Positions 57,456 through 64,000 of a stretch of 64,000 nucleotides of DNA are shown piece by piece. A program made the translations under genes and the position numbers. Numbering within the stretch: position 1 is the first letter of the stretch; every line of letters starts with the position of its first letter. Where the stretch lies: the NCBI RefSeq assembly GCF_009914755.1, contig NC_060928.1, one strand, 5' to 3'. The notes below the pieces were generated by a model. It was not told the origin of the DNA. It searched no databases and saw nothing but the letters and a program-made list of their open reading frames with translations. The DNA is from the human T2T-CHM13v2.0 reference genome, Homo sapiens.

Positions 57456-59246
57456 ATCTACAACATTCCTATTATTGAGAGCTGGAAAAGTACTATATAT
57501 GCAGTAATTAAAAACTGTGAGCCACAGTGCATTATCAGGTCATCCATCATAAAGTTTTATAACTGAAAGATCTCAGAAATCATCCAGTCCAATAATCATC
57601 ATCCAAATAGATGTGTAAAGTTACTTTTGGAGCTTTGCAGAAATACACTTAATTGGTCACTTCCCACAAACCAATTTAATTAGATTTCCTAGGGTGATGG
57701 AGGTAATTCTGATGTGCAAATCTAGTTAAAAACCCCTAGCTGAATCCTATGCCCTCATTTTGCAGATAGGCAAACTGAAACCCAAAATGGTCAAATGGCC
57801 TACCTCAGTTTGTAAACCTAAGTAGTATTAGTGGCCGGTTTTCTACCAGAATATATATAGGTGACTATTATAAATTCTGGCCTTGACATCACCCCAAAAT
57901 ACCACCTACAGGTGCACATATTGCACAGCTATAAATACACTCCTGCTATTACCTGTTTCAAGGATGAGATCCAAAAAGATCAGATTTGCCAAGGTGATAA
58001 TGCAGAGTCACTATTAGAACGCAGGTCACATTAGGCAACAGCTTTTTCAAAATTTATCAAATTCGTCTTTTCTTCCCCTTTGTCATTATTACCTTAGCAT
58101 AAAAGCACCTCCACCATGTGTAGATTACTACAACACCCTCCTTAAGCTACTTTGTAAACATCAAACATCTTTGCTTTTTTAAATGTGTGTGTGTGTTTAT
58201 ATCAGATAGCCCTTATTCCACAGAAGATTTAGGAGAGCTTATTCAAGCCTATAATAGATGCCTAAAGCCTAACATATCCATTTTATGGCTCAATCCAACT
58301 CATATGGTCTTGTTTTCCACTTCTACCCAACATATTCAACCTTCTTAAATCAGGTCTCTCTGCTACTGACAAATATATGTATTCCTACTTTGGTTCCTTC
58401 GTTAAGTTACTTTCTATGTCTGGAATATACTTTATCTTAGTCTTTAAATACCTGTTCAAGGTCCACCAAAGTTACACTACAACTTTAAAGCTTTTCTTAA
58501 TATCAACAACACACAAATCCCTAATTTCTCACATGGCTGTCTATACTGCAAGTTAATGCCTAATTATATATAGGCCTACTCTCTATGATACACAAGTCAT
58601 TACTTCAGTATTGCAAGTAATAATTTTTGTCCATTAAATTGTTTCACAAATGTACATATACATTTTCCCAACAGAAATCTAAGCTTCTTGTAAACAAAAG
58701 AACATACTTCTGTGCCCCATTGGACCTACTAAAATCACAGCTCAATAAACATGACGTTATTCATAATAACATCTTCACTTTTAAAAACATGCTTTTCATC
58801 CTATTACTAGTAAATATTTAACTAGAAAATTTACTTTTTACAGGTTTTACAACTAAAAGAAGAACCAAAACAACCCAAACAAGCACTCAACAAATGCACG
58901 ACAGCATGTACTATTTTTCTTTTTGCCCCACTGAATAAGCTACATCTTTCTAATTTTACCATTTGATTCATTCTACAAAATGCTTTTCCCATGGCAGTCA
59001 CTTAGTCAGAACTGAGACTCCCTCTTCCTGGTTCCACTATTTTATCAGGTGAATTTCTTTTTTCACAGCCACAAAGTCATTGCACTGCTTGCATTAACAT
59101 TCCCGTTAGTATAAGATGACTACCCTTAATCAGTGGGCACAGAAATCATTATATTAGTCAGAGGTGATAGTTTTTCCTTTCTTCATTTAAAAATCTATTA
59201 ACGATGAGAATAAAAATAATCTTAAAAGCTTAAGTACGTAAATCAC

Positions 59247-59293
59247 CTGGAAGGTCGACAAAATCTTCTTCTGTAGCCATTTTTGAGATGATC
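59247..59293 (-). CDS. CENPC: CENP-C exon 2 (DHLKNGYRRRFCRPS; Mis12-complex binding region)
   Basis: ctttcag|GATCATCTC...CCTTCCAG|gtgatt; 47 nt, phase 0-2. Confidence 0.97.
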
Positions 59294-60090
59294 CTGAAAG
59301 AAAAGTAAATCATCAATTTGGTTTCTTTAAGATAGAGTCGAGTAAAATTTATTTTCAAAGTAACTTCATCCAGTATGGGCATGCTATACACCAAACATCT
59401 CCTAAGGGCTCAAAACAATTTTGAGGTTATGTTATGACATAACATAGGTTATGACAGGCATTTAAAAACTGAACTGCAGGCATCTGGTAAGCTTTATTCC
59501 GCTTCTCTCCCCACAGTGAGAATGGCTTTATTGCTTTCTTCTGATTATATATAATGTAAACAATATATGTGCTCATAGTAAAAAGTATAGATTATATTAT
59601 TCTTTCATACAACTCTTTATGTTTATATGTATAACGTCACATAATGGGAGATCATCGAAGCTGAAGATTTTCTTAGAAGGGGAGATAAATTAGAAAAGAA
59701 ATGATACGGATTTTTATATAGTAACCATAACCAAAGTATGAAATATAGAATAGTGAACACCAAAGAAGTCCAGAAATATGTAAACAAAATGAGTTGTCGC
59801 CCCCATTAGTCATTCACAGCTTGTACCTTTTAACTGATAGCTGTCTTTCAGAAGAGTTTGTCAATAACATATGCTCCATAAATCAGCCTCAAGAACTGCA
59901 TAAAAGGCCACCATTTTGACAGAAGAACTGAAAACGTCAAATTATTTCGAGACGTACTTGTTACATAATCTGTTTCTCCCAACTACCAAGTGCGACGCAA
60001 AGACACACTTTTAAGGCGTTTCAATACTTCTACCATGGGGAGAAAAGTTATTTGGAGGCCTAGGAACTGGAGCTAGACTAAAAAGCAGAA

Positions 60091-60165
60091 GCCAAGATCG
60101 CGCCACTGCACTCCAGCCTGGGGGACAGAGCAAGACCCCGTCTCAAAAACAAAAACAAAAAAAAA
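60091..60165 (+). mobile_element. Severely 5'-truncated Alu (3' about 75 bp)
   Basis: gccaagatcgcgccactgcactccagcctggg...A tail; agcagaa on both sides. Confidence 0.88.
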
Positions 60166-60435
60166 CCCAGCAGAAATCACAAGCACCTCTCAAGAGTAAG
60201 ACGTAGGCACAGACGAAATGACGACATGAAAACTTAAGAAATAATAAAAGTACAGTAAATTAACTCTGGTTATCGACACACGATCACACTTGATTTCAAA
60301 AATTCCTGCGGCTTTCCCACTGAAATCCCTCAGAGATCACAGCCTCAGCCTAGCATTTCCTTCTCTCCAGCCTCGGGCGCCCGTGCCCCAGCCAGCCGCT
60401 CAACCACTCGCCTGGAGCGGGGGGCCTGCACTTAC

Positions 60436-60453
60436 CAGACCGGACGCAGCCAT
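60436..60453 (-). CDS. CENPC: CENP-C coding exon 1 (MAASGL)
   Basis: Minus strand reads ggaacATGGCTGCGTCCGGTCTG|gtaagt: strong Kozak (A-3, G+4), canonical donor, matches the recalled CENP-C N-terminus. Confidence 0.97.
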
Positions 60454-60670
60454 GTTCCGGCCCCGCTGAGCCAGCGCAACTGTCTGAGGTGGAAGCCCAC
60501 ACGGACCACAGCTCCAGGAAGCCGAGCAAGAAACGAATCGCCGGAATACCAGGCCGCGGCCAAGCAATAACCTTAAGTCTCAGGCGACTGCCGCGAGAGC
60601 TGCGATCCGGAAGGCGCGCGCTAACAACACTCCCCCGCCATTGGCTCCGCCCTCAACAAACAAGAACGCT

Positions 60671-60742
60671 TGGCCTGTGCCTGGGTTTGAACCCGGAGAC
60701 ACATGCGCAAAACGGGCCGCGCCGTCCAATAGGAAGCAAGCC
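60671..60742 (-). pseudogene. Decayed tRNA-like element with intact B-box in the promoter
   Basis: 72 nt GGCTTGCTTCCTATTGGACGGCGCGGCCCGTTTTGCGCATGTGTCTCCGGGTTCAAACCCAGGCACAGGCCA; 6-bp acceptor stem, T-arm CCGGG-TTCAAAC-CCAGG, D-loop GG; no canonical anticodon arm. Confidence 0.5.
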
Positions 60743-61879
60743 GTTAGTGGGCTCGCCCCTTCATGCTCCAGGCCAACGGCCCTCCAGCCTGCAGACCCAC
60801 CCGCCCGCCCTACCTCTAGCCGCTCTGCTCTTCCCACCTCCCTTCCTCAGCGCCGCGCCCGGGACAGGCGCGAGACTGGGCTTTTATTAGGAAGGCACGA
60901 TCCTGGGAACCGCTCCTTGTGCCCAATGTAAAACTTCTCAACAGTTCTATTAAGGAATAATAAGTAATACTTGGAAGGATGAGAGGTAGAAATTGCAGAC
61001 GACTTTTTTTTTAATAGAATCTTTTTTTGAAGAGATTTTTCTAATGCAGATTCGTCAGCCACGCCCAGCCCATCTAACCATCATCTCTGAAAATAATTGA
61101 ATAATTATGTATAATAATGGTGATGATGGCTTGTATTCTTTTTCAAGTATGTGGGCGATATTTTTATGATGCATTGCCAACAAATGACCCACGTAAATAT
61201 CTATCATTTAAGTATGATGCACTGAAAAGAATTCTATACAGAATCCTGAAACCTGCCAGCCATTGACTAGCTATGTTATGGAGGGCAAAATTGCGGCACC
61301 ATTCTGGGTGTTTCCATAGTGATAGAATGGAAGTCTAAATTAGACGCTCTGAAGACTTCTCACCTGACCAGTGTATGATTCTATGAAGCTGTATCTTATT
61401 TTATTATTTAATTTAAAATTACAAGAAAATTCTAATCAGAAAATAGTTTACTAATTGAATAAATACATTAATCAGGAGTTGAGCTAATAGATTTTTAAAA
61501 CATGTAGTGCTTTAACAAATGCTGTCAACTATGAAGGCCAATTTTTTTATTTTATTTATTTTTTTGATAGAAAAAAAGGAACTATGATCTCTGACTGAAA
61601 TTAGGCCTGGATTGCACTCCATTCCATTAATTCTGCCATTATGGGCAACTAAGTTATCTGTTCCTTAATTCTCTTGTCTGCAAAATGAGAATACTATTAA
61701 AGTGGTTGAGATGTTGTAATTGAATAATTCCTGTTAAGATCTAAGCACAATGTTTGGAACATAGTAAGAATTCAATAATAAAGCTATTGGAATCATTATG
61801 GAGAGTTTTTTACTATGTTTGGCAGTTTTGCCAATCAGTCCAACTTATAATTTGGTGCTGTCACATTTGGAATAGATAA

Positions 61880-62105
61880 TGATAAACACTAACATTTATT
61901 GACTGCATACTCTATGCCCAGTTCTGAAATGCTTTGCATGCATTGAAGAGAACAATTAATATTCCTGTTTTATAAACAAGGGCACTGAAACACAGAGAGC
62001 TAAGTGTCTTACCCAAGATCACATCACCACTAAATGGTAGGATGGGTTATTATCCCAAGAATTCTCACTCCACAACTGAGCTCTTAATCACTACACTCTT
62101 TGCCT
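61880..62105 (-). mobile_element. MIR SINE (further MIR fragments near 61260-61385 and 61600-61790)
   Basis: taacatttattgactgcatactctatgcc; cactgaaacacagagagctaagtgtcttacccaagatcaca. Confidence 0.75.
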
Positions 62106-62899
62106 CTGGGTAAGAAATTTTAGCAAGCACGATTATAGATGTAAAGTCCCACATGTAAAATTATATCCTCCTGCTTCCACTGGAAACTAAGTCCCACACT
62201 TATTTTGAGAAATTTGGAATGCAATGGCTTGTGCTGCTGCAGAAAGCAGGCCACAGAGGGCGTTGAGGATTAACTGTTCTAAAGAAAATAGAGCAGTACT
62301 CTTATAAAAACAGTTGTGGAGACTCCACAGTTTCCAGAGAAACGTTTTACTTCCATATGTACTTGTTGTAGTACTTAATAGCCCACCATGGTTTTAGTAT
62401 CCTAAAATAGGATTGCTAATTAATGGGGGGAGTAATATTTATTTAAAAACCCAAGTTTGTCGTTATAAATCTCCCCCCAAAATACATCAAAGATTACTTC
62501 TTATGAACTGCTAGGACAATCTTGAAGTTTTCTTTCACAACTACTTACCTAGTTAAGGGGTGTGTGTGCATGTGTGTATTTACATATCAGTATATGGAAG
62601 TATTAACATATACATAATTAGATGTGTATATGGGAACATAAAGTATCCAGAAATTTGGCTTGAAAGAGAAGTAAAAAAAACTTTTCGTTACTTATGGTTT
62701 TAGGTACATAATTTAAAATTTGTAAATCTTGAAACTATTTCAAAGAATATTTTGTTTTAGATCTTTGATTTCCATCAAATAACTATGGTATGGGTATTTA
62801 CTACCAAAGTGTCTTCCATTAAGTGTTAGCACAAAAATATTCACAACTGAACTAACACTTAAAAATTAGTCTGTATTCATTCCCACCCCACAGCTTAAC

Positions 62900-63234
62900 A
62901 TGTGCATCTGTCCTGGTGAGTGGATAAACAAATGTACCTCAATGCAGTGCAATACTCTTCAGCAATAAAAGCAAACTACTGATATACAATATGGATGAAT
63001 CTTGAAAGCACTGTACTAAGTGAAAGAAGCTGGACATCAATGACTGTATGAAAAGAAATCAAATCGCTGGTTACCAGGGGTTGAGGAGGGTGGGGGAAAA
63101 AAGACTGTAAAGGAATAAGAGGGAACTTTTTGCGGTGCTGAAAATATTCTATGTCTTGATTACGATGGTAGTTACATGGCTATATCTATTTGTCAAAATT
63201 CCTAGTTAGAACTGTGCCCCTGAAAAAGGCGACC
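62900..63234 (+). mobile_element. Old L1M 3' fragment
   Basis: gagtggataaacaaatgt; atggatgaatcttgaaagcactgtactaagtgaaagaagc. Confidence 0.75.
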
Positions 63235-63532
63235 TTTTTTTTTTTGAGAAAGGTCTTGCTTGGTTGCCCAGGCTGGAGTGCAGTGGCACAATCAAGGCCC
63301 ACTGCAGCCTCTACCTGCTGGGCTAAAATGATTCTCCTGCCTCAGCCTCGTGAATATCTGGGACCACAGGCATGCACCACCACACCCTGCTAATTTTTTT
63401 TTTTTTAATTTTTTGTAGAGATGGGATCTTCCTATGTTGCCCAAGCTGGTCCTGAACTCTTGGGCTCAAGTGATCCTCTGGCTTCTGCCTCCCGAATTGC
63501 TGGGTTACAGGCATGAGCCACCACACCTGGCC
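63235..63532 (-). mobile_element. AluJ
   Basis: Reverse dimer. Confidence 0.92.
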
Positions 63533-64000
63533 AAAATAGTGACTTTTACAGTAAATTATACCTCAGTAAATCTGTGAGAGCGATGATAAAAGAGAGAAAG
63601 AGAAAATGAGAGAGACTCAAAGGCACTGTATGAAAACCAAATGCAATGTGTAAACTTTGATTAGAGTCTAGTTCAAAACAAAGTAACTGTAAAGAGCATT
63701 AAGCAATAAGTGAAAATGAAAAAATTAATTTTCAGATGATATTAGAGAATTGTAAAGTTTTCTTAGGTATTATAATGTGATTATGTCTATGTAATTTGTC
63801 CTTACTCTTAGGATATGCATATCAAAGTATTTAGAGGTAAAATGTCTTGTGATATTTGTAAGTACTTTGAAATTGTTAATCATAAAGAGATTGAGATAGT
63901 TAAATACATACGGCAAAATATTAACAATTATTGAATCTAGTTCATTGGTGTGTTTATTAACAATACTCTTTCAGTTTCTCTGTATGTTTGAAATATTTCA

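Larger units (their letters stand above)
60370..60915. promoter_or_regulatory. CENPC: CpG island / CENPC promoter and 5' UTR
   Basis: Only GC- and CpG-rich unique stretch in an AT-rich window; spans the ATG. Contains ETS-like CCGGAA (60607-60612), E2F-like GGCGCGCG (60613-60620), CCAAT boxes (ATTGG 60640-60644, CCAAT 60726-60730), TTTGAA (60686-60691) and NRF1-like CACATGCGCA (60700-60709). Confidence 0.9.

Noticed and set aside
60671-60742. Functional tRNA gene
   Set aside because: No canonical anticodon stem-loop, a degenerate A-box and no run of four T downstream; kept only as a tRNA-like relic.
60489-60931. Plus-strand ORFs of 133 aa and 96 aa as a divergent gene
   Set aside because: Non-ATG starts, GC-rich CpG-island sequence that is naturally poor in stops, and no recognisable protein.

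Overview
Human (primate) genomic DNA containing the promoter and coding exons 1-17 of CENPC (centromere protein C) on the minus strand. The ATG is at 60453 in a CpG island, and exon 17 ends at 5091. I read all 17 exons with GT-AG boundaries and consistent phases: 2670 nt, 890 codons. The last ~53 residues of the cupin domain were not found and should lie left of the window. The introns are dense with repeats: about 25 Alu/FLAM pieces, two TSD-flanked L1PA 3' insertions, older L1M, L2 and MIR fragments, MaLR/ERVL LTRs, several DNA-transposon MITEs and a near full-length Tigger1. No new multi-gene system is evident. The most unusual signal is a 72-nt decayed tRNA-like element in the CENPC promoter, whose D-loop, anticodon arm and T-loop coincide with CCAAT, NRF1-like and CHR/B-box motifs. 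Repeat family names come from recall of consensus sequences rather than a database search, and repeat boundaries are approximate.
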